This document shows positions 25,901 to 36,807 of a DNA stretch of 64,000 nucleotides, in pieces (positions within the stretch are counted from its first letter, which is position 1; every line of letters begins with the position of its first letter). A program made the position numbers and the translations under genes. Origin of the DNA: Tubulanus polymorphus. Its lineage: Eukaryota; Animalia; Nemertea. Under the pieces are notes generated by a model that was given only the letters and a program-made list of their open reading frames with translations, was not told the origin of the DNA and made no database searches. The DNA is taken from the NCBI RefSeq assembly GCF_964204645.1, contig NC_134027.1, positions 27,490,560 through 27,554,559 of the forward strand, written 5' to 3'.

Positions 25901-28900
25901 TCATAATTTCTGATACGGAGTATAGTTAACATGAATGCTATTATTTTTACAGGTAAAGAGGATAAAAAGAAGAAGGAAAAGAAAAAAGATAAAAAGAAGG
26001 ATGAGATGAGAAGTGGAGAAAAGACGCAGGAAGATACAATGTTCGGTGATGAACCGGATAAAGATGCTACAGGTAAGATATCAACAGGTACCGGTACCAG
26101 TATTCAATCTGATACCTGATAGAACTATTAAATGTATCTGGTACAAACTGCCCGGCAGGTACCGGTACCAGTATTCAATCAGATACCTGATAGAACTGAT
26201 GAATGTATCTGGTACAAACTGCCCGGCAGGTACCGGTACCAGTATTCAATCTGATACCTGATAGAACTGCTGAATGTATCTGGTACAAACTGCCCGGCAG
26301 GTACCGGTACCAGTATTCAATCAGAGATACCTGATAAAACTATTGAATGTATCTGGTACAAACTGCCCGGCAGGTACCGGTACCAGTATTCAATCTGATA
26401 CCTGATAGAACTATTGAATGTATCTGGTACAAACTGCCCGGCAGGTACCGGTACCAGTATTCAATCTGATACCTGATAGAACTGCTGAATGTATCTGGTA
26501 CAAACTGCCCGGCAGGTACCGGTACCAGTATTCAATCAGAGATACCTGATAAAACTATTGAATGTATCTGGTACAAACTGCCCGGCAGGTACCGGTACCA
26601 GTATTCAATCTGATACCTGATAGAACTGCTGAATGTATCTGGTACAAACTGCCCGGCAGGTACCGGTACCAGTATTCAATCAGAGATACCTGATAAAACT
26701 ATTGAATGTATCTGGTACAAACTGCCCGGCAGGTACCGGTACCAGTATTCAATCAGAGATACCTGATAAAACTATTGAATGTATCTGGTACAAACTGCCC
26801 GGCAGGTACCGGTACCAGTATTCAATCTGATACCTGATAGAACTGCTGAATGTATCTGGTACAAACTGCCCGGCAGGTACCGGTACCAGTATTCAATCAG
26901 AGATACCTGATAAAACTATTGAATGTATCTGGTACAAACTGCCCGGCAGGTACCGGTACCAGTATTCAATCAGAGATACCTGATAAAACTGATGAATGTA
27001 TCTGGTACAAACTGCCCGGCAGGTACCGGTACCAGTATTCAATCTGAGATACCTGATAGAACTATTGAATGTATCTGGTACAAACTGCCCCGCAGGTACC
27101 GGTACCAGTATTCAATCTGATACCTGATAGAACTGCTGAATGTATCTGGTACAAACTGCCCGGCAGGTACCGGTACCAGTATTCAATCAGAGATACCTGA
27201 TAAAACTGATGAATGTATCTGGTACAAACTGCCCGGCAGGTACCGGTACCAGTATTCAATCTGATACCTGATAAAACTGCTGAATGTTTGTTTGTTTGCT
27301 TGTTTTACAAAAAAGATATTGAGGAAGAAATTGAAAGTGAAGTAGGAGCCGATATGATGAGTATAGAATCTGATAGTGAAGGTGTTATTGTTATCTCACA
27401 GAAAACACCGCGTCCTGCTTCAAGATTGGTGAGTTTAACTATTTTAGAATACACTATAGACCACTGCGCTTGCCCCGGAGCTCAGGAGAGACCAGTAAAT
27501 ATTCTCTGTAAGGCAACAAGTCTGAGTAAGTATATGATAATCAGACGCAAGCGCAGAGTCCACAGTAAACTCAGTTGATCTGTAGCAGCGCAGAGTCCAC
27601 AGTAAACTCAGTTGATCTGTAGCAGCGCAGAGTCCACAGTAAACTCAGTTGATCTGTAGCAGCGCAGAGTCCACAGTAAACTCAGTTGATCTGTAGCAGC
27701 GCAGAGTCCACAGTAAACTCAGTTGATCTGTAGCAGCGCAGAGTCCACAGTAAACTCAGTTGATCTGTAGCAGCGCAGAGTCCACAGTAAACTCAGTTGA
27801 TCTGTAGCAGCGCAGAGTCCACAGTAAACTCAGTTTGATCTGTAGCAGCGCAGAGTCCACAGTAAACTCAGTTGATCTGTAGCAGCGCAGAGTCCACAGT
27901 AAACTCAGTTGATCTGTAGCAGCGCAGAGTCCACAGTAAACTCAGTTTGATCTGTAGCAGCGCAGAGTCCACAGTAAACTCAGTTTGATCTGTAGCAGCG
28001 CAGAGTCCACAGTAAACTCAGTTGATCTGTAGCAGCGCAGAGTCCACAGTAAACTCAGTTGATCTGTAGCAGCGCAGAGTCCACAGTAAACTCAGTTGAT
28101 CTGTAGCAGCGCAGAGTCCACAGTAAACTCAGTTGATCTGTAGCTATTAGGATCTGAGTGTAATTTACTGATTTATTTCTAGGATCCGAGTGTAATTTAC
28201 TGATTTATTTCTAGGATCTGAGTGTAATTTATTGATTTATTTCTAGGATCTGAGTGTAATTTATTGATTTATTTCTAGGATCGAGCAAACACTGTGAAAG
28301 TTACAATTTCACATTTGAGTTTAGAGGAGAATTCTTCAATCAGCACAGATCCCGATATTCAATTATTATTTGTTGAATATCGATTCCTGGGTGTAGCAGC
28401 TGATGAACTAGAGACACCGTTCTCATTACCAAAACCAAAACCACATGATCGAATTTACTTCAATTTTGAAAAAGGTATGAAATTCAGAACAACAGTTCCA
28501 CTATTCAGGGGTGACAACTCCACTATTCGGGGGTGACAGTTCCACTATTCAGGGGCGACAGTTCCACTATTCAGGGGCTACAGTTCCACTATTCAGGGGC
28601 TACAGTTCCACTTTTCAGGGGTGACAACTCCACTATTCGGGGGTGACAGTTCCACTATTCAGGGGCGACAGTTCCACTTTTCAGGGGTGACAGTTCCACT
28701 ATTCAGGGGCGACAGTTCCACTATTCAGGGGCTACAGTTCCACTATTCAGGGGTGACAGTTCCACTATTCAGGGGCGACAGTTCCACTATTCAGGGGTGT
28801 CAGTTCCACTATTCAGGGGCGACAGTTCCACTATTCAGGGGCGACAGTTCCACTATTCAGGGGCGATAGTTCCACTATTCAGGGGCGACAGTTCCACTAT

Positions 28901-30574
28901 TCAGGGGTGACAGTTCCACTATTCAGGGGTGTCAGTTCCACTATTCAGGGGCGACAGTTCCACTATTCAGGGGCGACAGTTCCACTATTCAGGGGCGACA
29001 GTTCCACTATTCAGGGGCGACAGTTCCACTATTCAGGGGCGACAGTTGCACTAGTCAGGGGCGACAGTTCCACTATTCAGGGGTGACAACTCCACTATTC
29101 GGGGGTGACAGTTCCACTATTCAGGGGCGACAGTTCCACTATTCAGGGGCTACAGTTCCACTATTCAGGGGCTACAGTTCCACTTTTCAGGGGTGACAAC
29201 TCCACTATTCGGGGGTGACAGTTCCACTATTCAGGGGCGACAGTTCCACTTTTCAGGGGTGACAGTTCCACTATTCAGGGGCGACAGTTCCACTATTCAG
29301 GGGCTACAGTTCCACTATTCAGGGGTGACAGTTCCACTATTCAGGGGCGACAGTTCCACTATTCAGGGGTGTCAGTTCCACTATTCAGGGGCGACAGTTC
29401 CACTATTCAGGGGCGACAGTTCCACTATTCAGGGGCGATAGTTCCACTATTCAGGGGCGACAGTTCCACTATTCAGGGGTGACAGTTCCACTATTCAGGG
29501 GTGTCAGTTCCACTATTCAGGGGCGACAGTTCCACTATTCAGGGGCGACAGTTCCACTATTCAGGGGCGACAGTTCCACTATTCAGGGGCGACAGTTCCA
29601 CTATTCAGGGGCGACAGTTCCACTAGTCAGGGGCGACAGTTCCACTATTCAGGGGCTACAGTTGCACTATTCAGGGGCTACAGTTCCACTATTCAGGCAT
29701 AAGATGCTCAGCTGTGACAATTAAAACTCTATTGTTACTTCTGGTATTTATGCCATAGTTTATTGATACCATCTTTTTGAGCAACTGACTCCGCAAGAGT
29801 TAGATTTGACTAGAGATTTAGAATTTCATTTGAAATCTTTTAAACTCTTGACTCAACTGTGGAACCAGGTTAAAGATTCCAAGTACAATACAATATTCAA
29901 AAATCAAAATGAATTCATCTAAATATTGAATTGTCTGATAATTTTATGTTTCAGTTTTTCACGTCGATCCTGAAGAGAACTATGAGAAGCGTCAGTATTT
30001 AGCGAGTATGTTGTTACCGGACGACCCTGACGACGGTCGTATGAAACTGATTGTAGTTAGTGAACCGACCGAGGATAATCCCGACGCTGAATGTGAAGAT
30101 GTAGGAATTGTATTCGTCAGTATTCCGCAGATATTAAAAACAGGCAAAGATTTGATCAACGAAGAAGCAGAAAGTAAGAATACATTGAAATACTCGACAG
30201 AATTGATCTCCTACAATTGATGAAATATCTTGTGAACTTCGGGGATTTGCCTCTGAATTCAATCAATTGCACTGAAAATAAAGAATGTTATTTTAAGAAT
30301 TGTTTGATGTTACCAAGGGGACAGGTTAAAATTCTTTATCACCACTGTGATGATGGAATTTGGAGGCAGAATCCTGAAAAACAGTTCGAAAATAAACAAG
30401 ATATTTATCATTTTTGTGTTACCGGTACTCTAAATTGAATATGTCACTAACATGTTTTTATTAATTATTTATTTTACAGTTGTTGATATGAACGATGAAT
30501 CAACGGTAATCGGTCATTTAAATGTATCAGTTGAATGTTTAGACGCACTCAGAGCTATTCAACATGAAATGTGA
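13955..30574 (+). CDS. RPGRIP1L: Protein fantom / RPGRIP1-like ciliary transition-zone protein, ~33 coding exons
   Basis: N-terminal exons read [45 protein letters not shown] and [21 protein letters not shown], matching the RPGRIP1L N-terminus. Then long coiled-coil exons, [32 protein letters not shown]-type region, C2 exons ([14 protein letters not shown], 18945-19130; [17 protein letters not shown], 20325-20650), and the C-terminal RPGR-interacting C2 ([18 protein letters not shown], 28279-28474; VVSEP..ECEDVG, 29955-30173). Last exon 30480-30574 ends in TGA. Start codon tentative. Confidence 0.95.
14693..15115. repeat. 20 bp intronic minisatellite x~21
   Basis: CAGTTGCACAGTTCTC(TGGT/AACT). 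Confidence 0.95.
20674..21061. mobile_element. Tigger/pogo-like MITE in an RPGRIP1L intron
   Basis: TIRs CAGTGGAACCTCAT / ATGAGGTTCCACTG followed by TA. Confidence 0.7.
22689..23055. repeat. 36 bp intronic minisatellite x10
   Basis: CATCTAACCTCGGAGTTATCAGTCTGATTACTCCAA. Confidence 0.95.
24177..24369. mobile_element. Palindromic element with a Penelope-type hammerhead-like core
   Basis: ~70 bp imperfect inverted arms; minus strand 24273-24239 reads CTGAAGA-GG-GGTGGT-AGGA-ACCACC-GAAA-TATT-TC. Confidence 0.55.
26085..27286. repeat. 71-73 bp intronic satellite x~16 with a palindromic GGTACCGGTACC core
   Basis: CAGGTACCGGTACCAGTATTCAATC(T/AGA)GATACCTGATA(G/A)AACTNNTGAATGTATCTGGTACAAACTGCCCGG. 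Confidence 0.95.
27551..28144. repeat. 37 bp intronic minisatellite x~16, nearly invariant
   Basis: GCGCAGAGTCCACAGTAAACTCAGTTGATCTGTAGCA. Confidence 0.95.
28149..28278. repeat. 32 bp repeat x4, each unit ending in a splice-acceptor-like TTTATTTCTAG
   Basis: GATCTGAGTGTAATTTA(C/T)TGATTTATTTCTAG. Confidence 0.9.
28492..29697. repeat. 22 bp intronic minisatellite x~55 with a 572 bp higher-order duplication
   Basis: GACAGTTCCACTATTCAGGGGC; identical variant patterns at 28621 and 29193. Confidence 0.95.
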
Positions 30575-30639
30575 ATGATCACATGATATCATCAATAGTC
30601 CGTCCATTAGAAAAACTGTTTAGTTTCTGAATAATGTAC

Positions 30640-30965
30640 GTAGTGGACTAGTCACTGTATAGTGGAACTAGTGGCAGTGACTACAGGGTAGTTACTGTAG
30701 CGTAGTACCGGTAGTTGCAGTGGACTAGTCACTTGTATAGTGGAGTAGTTGTAGTGGACTAGATACTGTAGCAGAGTAGTTGCAGTGGACTAGTCACTTG
30801 TATAGTGGAGTAGTTGTAGTGGACTAGATACTGTAGCAGAGTAGTTGCAGTGGACTAGTCACTTGTATAGTGGAGTAGTTGAAGCTGACTAGTCACTTGT
30901 ATAGTGGAGTAGTTGAAGCTGACTAGTCACTTGTATAGTGGAATAGCCAATAAGTAGTGGACTAG
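30640..30965. repeat. Degenerate AGTGGACTAG repeat just after the RPGRIP1L stop
   Basis: Repeated AGTAGTTG(C/T)AGTGGACTAGTCACTTGTATAGTGG. Confidence 0.8.
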
Positions 30966-31449
30966 CTTCTGTGTTAGTCAGTGTAGTAGATGATTATATA
31001 GTTGTAATAGAATGTTTCGTTGTTTACTGAAACACAAACTGTCCATCATTTGCTGTCCAAACTGTCCATTCGCTATCCATTCAGTGAAACCAAAATGGAA
31101 TCTCCACTATCTGAGAATTATTTTCTATAAACTATAAATCAGTACTACTGTCCAAACATTGTAACATATACATGCATAGATTAGATTATTATGTACAATG
31201 TATCTCTTTATTATCAGAACTCATAATACTCTGTAGTTTATAAATAGACATTGTCTGTATTGTCTTCAACTCGCGCAATGGTGCACCTGACTCTGGCAAG
31301 TGGGGAATTAAAGTGCTACGACTATGATTGGTGTCTTGTGATAGAAATTATGAATTGTATGATGTATTTTATATCGTTATAATATTTGTAATAAACTAAT
31401 TATATGCATTTTAGCTTAAAATTGCTTAATGTTTGATTTTTAATGAGCA

Positions 31450-31558
31450 GGGACCAGTTTTATAGTATTACCTTTAACCCGGGGGGGCTAACTTAATTTA
31501 TTTTCAATTTAGTTAGCCCCCGGGTTAAAGGTGATACTGCTCTATGAAACCGGGCCCA
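31450..31558. mobile_element. Short palindromic MITE
   Basis: AGTATTACCTTTAACCCGGGGG..GCTAACT / AGTTAGCCCCCGGGTTAAAGGTGATACT, inside GGGACCAGTTTTATAG...CTATGAAACCGGGCCC termini. Confidence 0.65.
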
Positions 31559-31629
31559 GGTGTTTATGACACTTGAAATGATACCGGGATGCTCATGGTT
31601 ATGGACGACTTGATGACTGAACGACTGTT

Positions 31630-31995
31630 GGACATTATCACTATCATCACCACTATCTCTATCATCACCCCCAGCATCTCTAACATCACCTCCAGCATCC
31701 ACCACTTCTATATCATCACCACCATCACTAGCATCACCACTACATGTATCTCTAACATCACCTCCAGCATCCCTCACTTCTCTATCACCACCATCACTAG
31801 CATCACCTCCAGCATCTCTAACATCACCTCCAGCATCTCTAACATCACCTCCAGCATCCGCCACTTCTCTATCATCACCACCATCTACACCTCACTAGCA
31901 TCACCACTATCTCTTACATCACCTCCAGCATCCACCACTTCTCTATCATCACCACCATCACTCTAGACTACTCGCCACCCCCAGCATCATCAACA
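31630..31995. repeat. CAT/CAC-rich low-complexity repeat
   Basis: Variants of ATCACCTCCAGCATCTCTAAC. Confidence 0.85.
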
Positions 31996-32069
31996 CCTGC
32001 ATATGTACCTAAGTACATAGAAAGTTCTCGAAGAAAAACAATCACTCGGGTGAAGGTAGAATCCATACA

Positions 32070-32223
32070 CCGTCTCGTGCTGCCGCTATGCTCATCGTTA
32101 GCGGATTTTTCGTACACTAACACGAGCCAACTCTGGCAATCAATGTAAGGCAGTTGCCAGAGGCGATTCATCTTAGTGTATGAAAATCCCGCTAACGATG
32201 AGTATAGCGGCAGCACCTGACGG
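32070..32223. mobile_element. Same MITE family; further copies at 33078-33231, 35209-35362, 37334-37487, 38677-38822 and 53792-53945
   Basis: Near-identical sequence with inverted arms; the source of the recurrent RQVLPLYSSLAGFSYTK ORFs. Confidence 0.85.
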
Positions 32224-32242
32224 TATGGGGATATGGCATGAC

Positions 32243-32398
32243 AATTAGGTCTATAACGATATTGGGTCTGTATATAACGTTTGTTATGTTTCAAAGTGCT
32301 TTTATCTACTGTTTTTGTAAATAATTGTAAATACTGTTTTTTCCTCATATACCATGGGAATGGTTGGAGTGTAATAAAATATTCGTATTCGTTTTCGT
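32243..32398 (+). mobile_element. Duplicated 3' end of the same LINE fragment
   Basis: Nearly identical to 37810-37964, including the tail and downstream AGGATA. Confidence 0.75.
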
Positions 32399-32578
32399 AG
32401 GATATGGCATACAGTTTGGTTCGGCCTTCGCCCACGGCCCGCATGTGTTATTCACTCTCAGTAATAATATCTGTCAGAACAATTCGGAATTTCAATTTGT
32501 TAAAAGAATCTTGGCGTAAAATTCACAACCACAGTAAAATTAATATCGTTCATTATAAGAATCTATTCAAAACAATGT

Positions 32579-32667
32579 ATTTCTATATTTAGCAACTAAA
32601 ATTCCTTCATCATTAAACACTGGACACGTATCAAATAATTTAGTTCCATCTGTTTCTGGGATAGATC
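32579..32667 (-). pseudogene. Orphan duplicated copy of NIT2 exon 4 (with adjacent intron 4 sequence)
   Basis: Translates [28 protein letters not shown] versus the true exon [29 protein letters not shown]; acceptor AG kept, donor GT lost. Confidence 0.85.
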
Positions 32668-33606
32668 CTAAATTGTAACATGCAACACATTTTAAGCTAC
32701 TGAAACATTTTTATGCCATTAGGATGATGAGGTCACGTGGCTTACGTCGCTTTTTGCGCCGATTTATTCTGGACGTCATGACTAATCAACTTCCGCCATA
32801 CTGAGTACATGCATTACTGCGGTGCACTAATCGAAAAGATATATCAACACTTTCCATGTCGTGTACTTACTAACAATTATGAGTGACGTCATCATTTCGT
32901 CAATTGTATTTGGTACAAAGCTTTATCAAACAAAGAGGCAAACAAAAAATCACAACAGAATAAAAAGGCATGACGCAAGAATCAAACATCGTCATCAACA
33001 ACGACACTTTAGGATCAGGATCTTGTGTGTTAATCGTATCTAATTACAATCACTCGGATGAAGGTAGAATCCTTACACCGTCTGGTGCTGCCGCTATGCT
33101 CGTCGTTAGCGGATTTTTCGTACACTAACACGAGCCAACTCTGGCAATCAATGTAAGGCAGTTGCCAGAGGCGATTCATCTTAGTGTATGAAAATCCCGC
33201 TAACGATGAGTATAGCGGCAGCACCTGACGGTATGGGGATATGGCATGACTAATTAACTTCCACCATTCTGAGTACATGCATTACTGCGGTGCACTAATC
33301 GAAAAGATGGATTTCTTTGAATAAGATAATTATAATCTTATCTATATCAACACTTTCCATGTCGTGTACTTACTTACAATCATGAGTGACGTCATCATTT
33401 CGTCACTTATATTTGCACAAAACACAAACGAATGAAAATAGGCAAGACATTTCTTATTTTATTATTATATCATGTGAGTGTGGTGGTGCCTCATGATGAA
33501 TAGGGGCGGGGGATGTCCCGGGTTTAAAGCCAGGAATCCGCAACCTGAGACCCGGAATATCGTGTTGAGACGATGGAAACTGTACTCACTGTTAGTCGAT
33601 CCTGGA

Positions 33607-34677
33607 TTAGTGGATTTTATGCGACGAAATTGTTTGTCGCCAGAAATAAATCTGATTGAAAATAAAATTCGCTTCTGAACGAAATTTGTTATGCGTTAAA
33701 CAATAAACGGTAAAATTGACGCAAGAATCAAACATCGTCATCAACAACGACACTTTACGTAGAATCGTCCTATTGACGTCACTGAAAATGTGGCTATAAA
33801 TACTTCTGGGCAGACGATCAAAACATGTCGGAAATTCACATATTATATAAACGAGAACGACAGCTGAAACCATCTTCATTATTCCTGTTTCTTTACCCCT
33901 AGAAGCGCCACCTATCAGCGATTTGCGTTGGTTTCTGGTCCAACTATAAAGAATAAACAGAAGTGCGTTAACAAGTAACAGAAGTGTTGACGGTAGAAGC
34001 ACCATCCCAAACGTGATTCTCTGACTGTGATAAGTTATAGAACTCAGAAAATGACGCTGTTTATAAACACGAATCACATCTGTAAACTGAGGCCAGTAGA
34101 CGGTGTAAGTGAACTGACCTGGGCCCAAACAGGGCCATCTAGTTAAACCTGGTAATCTGCGGGGGATTATAGAGTCGTAATAAAGTAAACACGACAAAAA
34201 CAACAACAACAAACTGAGTAAATTGATAGTCAAAGGTCTCCAGAAGCGTCGGTAATTCAATGGGAAAATTATAACAATGATTCTCTCTAAACTCACAACA
34301 ACGACGAGCCAGTTTCTGACAAACTGTGACGGATACAGTCCTATATAGGCGACAGTTATAAACCACCAGCCAAACAACCAGTCATCATAACGAAAAACCA
34401 AGTCACCCAGATTACTGTAGATAAAATACGTTCTCAGCGGATACATGATAAATCCCGATAAACTCAACATAAAATCAGAAATTGCTAAAAGAAAGATGGT
34501 ATGATAACAACTATTGCGTAGCCTGCGTATAATAATAATAGTCAGAAGATTTAACAGAATACCACAAACAGTAACAGGACCTATTCCTGCCATCGATATA
34601 TAAACACTGAATTGGTATTCCCATTTTATTCGTCGAGTATTAGCACAAATTTGTCGCGAACCATTGACGAAAGACAT
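33607..34677 (-). CDS. Intronless class A GPCR, FMRFamide/sex-peptide-receptor/Srw-like, copy A
   Basis: 356 aa ORF with 7 hydrophobic segments; TM2 LAISD, TM3 SLERIIVIIFP, TM6 CEFP, TM7 DSCVNFTVY, helix-8 KFR; N-terminal NGS sequon. Confidence 0.92.
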   Translation of the reverse strand: MSFVNGSRQICANTRRIKWEYQFSVYISMAGIGPVTVCGILLNLLTIIIIRRLRNSCYHTIFLLAISDFMLSLSGFIMYPLRTYFIYSNLGDLVFRYDDWLFGWWFITVAYIGLYPSQFVRNWLVVVVSLERIIVIIFPLNYRRFWRPLTINLLSLLLLFLSCLLYYDSIIPRRLPGLTRWPCLGPGQFTYTVYWPQFTDVIRVYKQRHFLSSITYHSQRITFGMVLLPSTLLLLVNALLFILYSWTRNQRKSLIGGASRGKETGIMKMVSAVVLVYIICEFPTCFDRLPRSIYSHIFSDVNRTILRKVSLLMTMFDSCVNFTVYCLTHNKFRSEANFIFNQIYFWRQTISSHKIH

Positions 34678-35736
34678 TTCGGTTCTGAGTAACCGTTTTA
34701 AAAGCGGAATTTATGCTTTAGAATTCTACAACTAAAAGACGAACCTAAATACATAGAAAGTTCTCGAGGAAAATCAATTCTAATTTGAAGTATTTCACGA
34801 AACTCCTGATTCAATTTGCTCTCAGTGCTTTATTTACAGAAATAGTTCGCTGTTTTATTTGAGTTAGAAATGTAGATTTTAGAAAACGAAGCGCAATCCA
34901 AACGTGAAATACGTGAAATCCAAACAACTGCAGAATAAGATAAACGTTTATTCTACTGACTAGAATAAGTTTAAGGAGGTCAATACACGACGAGCATACT
35001 TCAAGATTGTCCAGTCGGTATCATACTATATTAATCGGCAATTTATATTACGAGACATGCTTAAAAAAGTGAAGATATTGAACAGTTAATCGATTACGGA
35101 AAAATATTACAAAGTGATAGGAATGTTATTAAATTAGCTCTGATATCACGATCTTGTGTGTTAATCGTATTTAATTTCAATCACTCGGATGAAGGTAGAA
35201 TCCCTACACCGTCTGGTGCTGCCGCTATGCTCATCGTTAGCGGATTTTTCGTACACTAACACGAGCCAACTCTGGCAATCAATGTAAGGCAGTTGCCAGA
35301 GGCGATTCATCTTAGTATATGAAAATCCCGCTAACGATGAGTATAGCGGCAGCACCTGACGGTATGGGGATATGGCATGACTAATTAACTTCCGCCATAC
35401 TGAGTACATGCATTACTGCGGTGCACTAATCGAAAAGATGGATTTCTTTGAATAAGATAATTATAATCTTATCTATATCAACACTTTCCATGTCGTGTAC
35501 TTACTTACAATCATGAGTGACGTCATCATTTCGTCACTTATATTTGCACAAAACACAAACGAATGAAAATAGGCAAGACATTTCTTATTTTATTATTATA
35601 TCATGTGAGTGTGGTGGTGCCTCGTGATGAATAGGGGCGGGGGATGTCCCGGGTTCAAAGCCAGGAATCCGCAACCTGTGACCCGGAATATCGTGTTGAG
35701 ACGATGGAAACTGTACTCACTGTTAGTCGCTCTGGA

Positions 35737-36807
35737 TTAGTGGATTTTATGCGACGAAATTGTTTGTCGCCAGAAATAAATCTGATTGAAAATAAAATTC
35801 GCTTCTGAACGAAATTTTTTATGCGTTAAACAATAAACGGTAAAATTGACGCAAGAATCAAACATCGTCATTAAAAGCGATACTTTACGTAGAATCGTCC
35901 TATTGACGTCGCTGAAAATGTGGCTATAAATACTTCTGGGCAGACGATGAAAACATGTCGGAAACTCACAGATTATATAAACGAGAACAACAGCTGAAAC
36001 CATCTTCAATATTCCCGTTTCTTTACCCCTAGAAGCGCCACCTATCAGCGATTTGCGTTGGTTTCTGGTCCAACTATAAAGAATAAACAGGAGTGCGTTA
36101 ACAAGTAACAGAAGTGTTGTTGGTAGAAGCACCATCCCAAACGTGATTCTCTGACTGTGATAAGTTATAGAACTCAGAAAATGACGCTGTTTATAAACAC
36201 GAATCACATCTGTAAACTGAGGCCAGTAGACGGTGTAAGTGAACTGACCTGGGCCCAAACAGGGCCATCTAGTTAAACCTGGTAATCTGTGGGGAATTAT
36301 AGAGTCGTAATAAAGTAAACACGACAAGAACAACAACAACAAACTGAGTAAATTGATAGTTAAAGGTCTCCAGAAGCGTCGGTAATTTAATGGGAAAATT
36401 ATAACAATGATTCTCTCTAAACTCACAACAACGACGAGCCAGTTTCTGACAAACTGTGACGGATACAGTCCTATATAGGCTACAGTTATAAACCACCAAC
36501 CAAACAACCAGTCATCATAACGATAAACCAAGTCTCCCAGATTACTGTAGATAAAATACGTTCTCATCGGATACATGATAAATCCCGATAAACTCAACAT
36601 AAAATCAGAAATTGCTAAAAGAAAGATGGTATGATAACAACTATTGCGTAGTCTGCGTATAATGATTATAGTCAGAAGATTTAACAGAATACCACAAACA
36701 GTAACAGGACCTATTCCTGCCATCGATATATAAACACTGAACTGGTATTTCCAGTTTATTCGTCGAGTATTAGCACAAATTTGTAGCGAACCATTGACGA
36801 AAGACAT
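35737..36807 (-). CDS. Intronless class A GPCR, copy B
   Basis: Near-identical to copy A. The ORF track starts at a TTG (36831); the first ATG (MSFVNG) is at 36807. Confidence 0.92.
   Translation of the reverse strand: MSFVNGSLQICANTRRINWKYQFSVYISMAGIGPVTVCGILLNLLTIIIIRRLRNSCYHTIFLLAISDFMLSLSGFIMYPMRTYFIYSNLGDLVYRYDDWLFGWWFITVAYIGLYPSQFVRNWLVVVVSLERIIVIIFPLNYRRFWRPLTINLLSLLLLFLSCLLYYDSIIPHRLPGLTRWPCLGPGQFTYTVYWPQFTDVIRVYKQRHFLSSITYHSQRITFGMVLLPTTLLLLVNALLFILYSWTRNQRKSLIGGASRGKETGILKMVSAVVLVYIICEFPTCFHRLPRSIYSHIFSDVNRTILRKVSLLMTMFDSCVNFTVYCLTHKKFRSEANFIFNQIYFWRQTISSHKIH

Noticed and set aside
26085-28144. Regular 37 bp and 72 bp repeats resembling a CRISPR array
   Set aside because: Head-to-tail units with no unique spacers, inside spliceosomal introns, and no cas genes.
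31493-31966. ORFs with DAGGD or ITSSI repeats
   Set aside because: Translations of a low-complexity CAT/CAC repeat with no splice or homology support.
31968-32444. 158 aa ORF and related RQVLPLYSS ORFs
   Set aside because: Antisense LINE tail plus MITE sequence; recurs wherever the MITE occurs.
34139-34366. Overlapping alternative-frame ORF inside the GPCR (also 36269..36499)
   Set aside because: Short, shared only through recent duplication, and not called in copy D.
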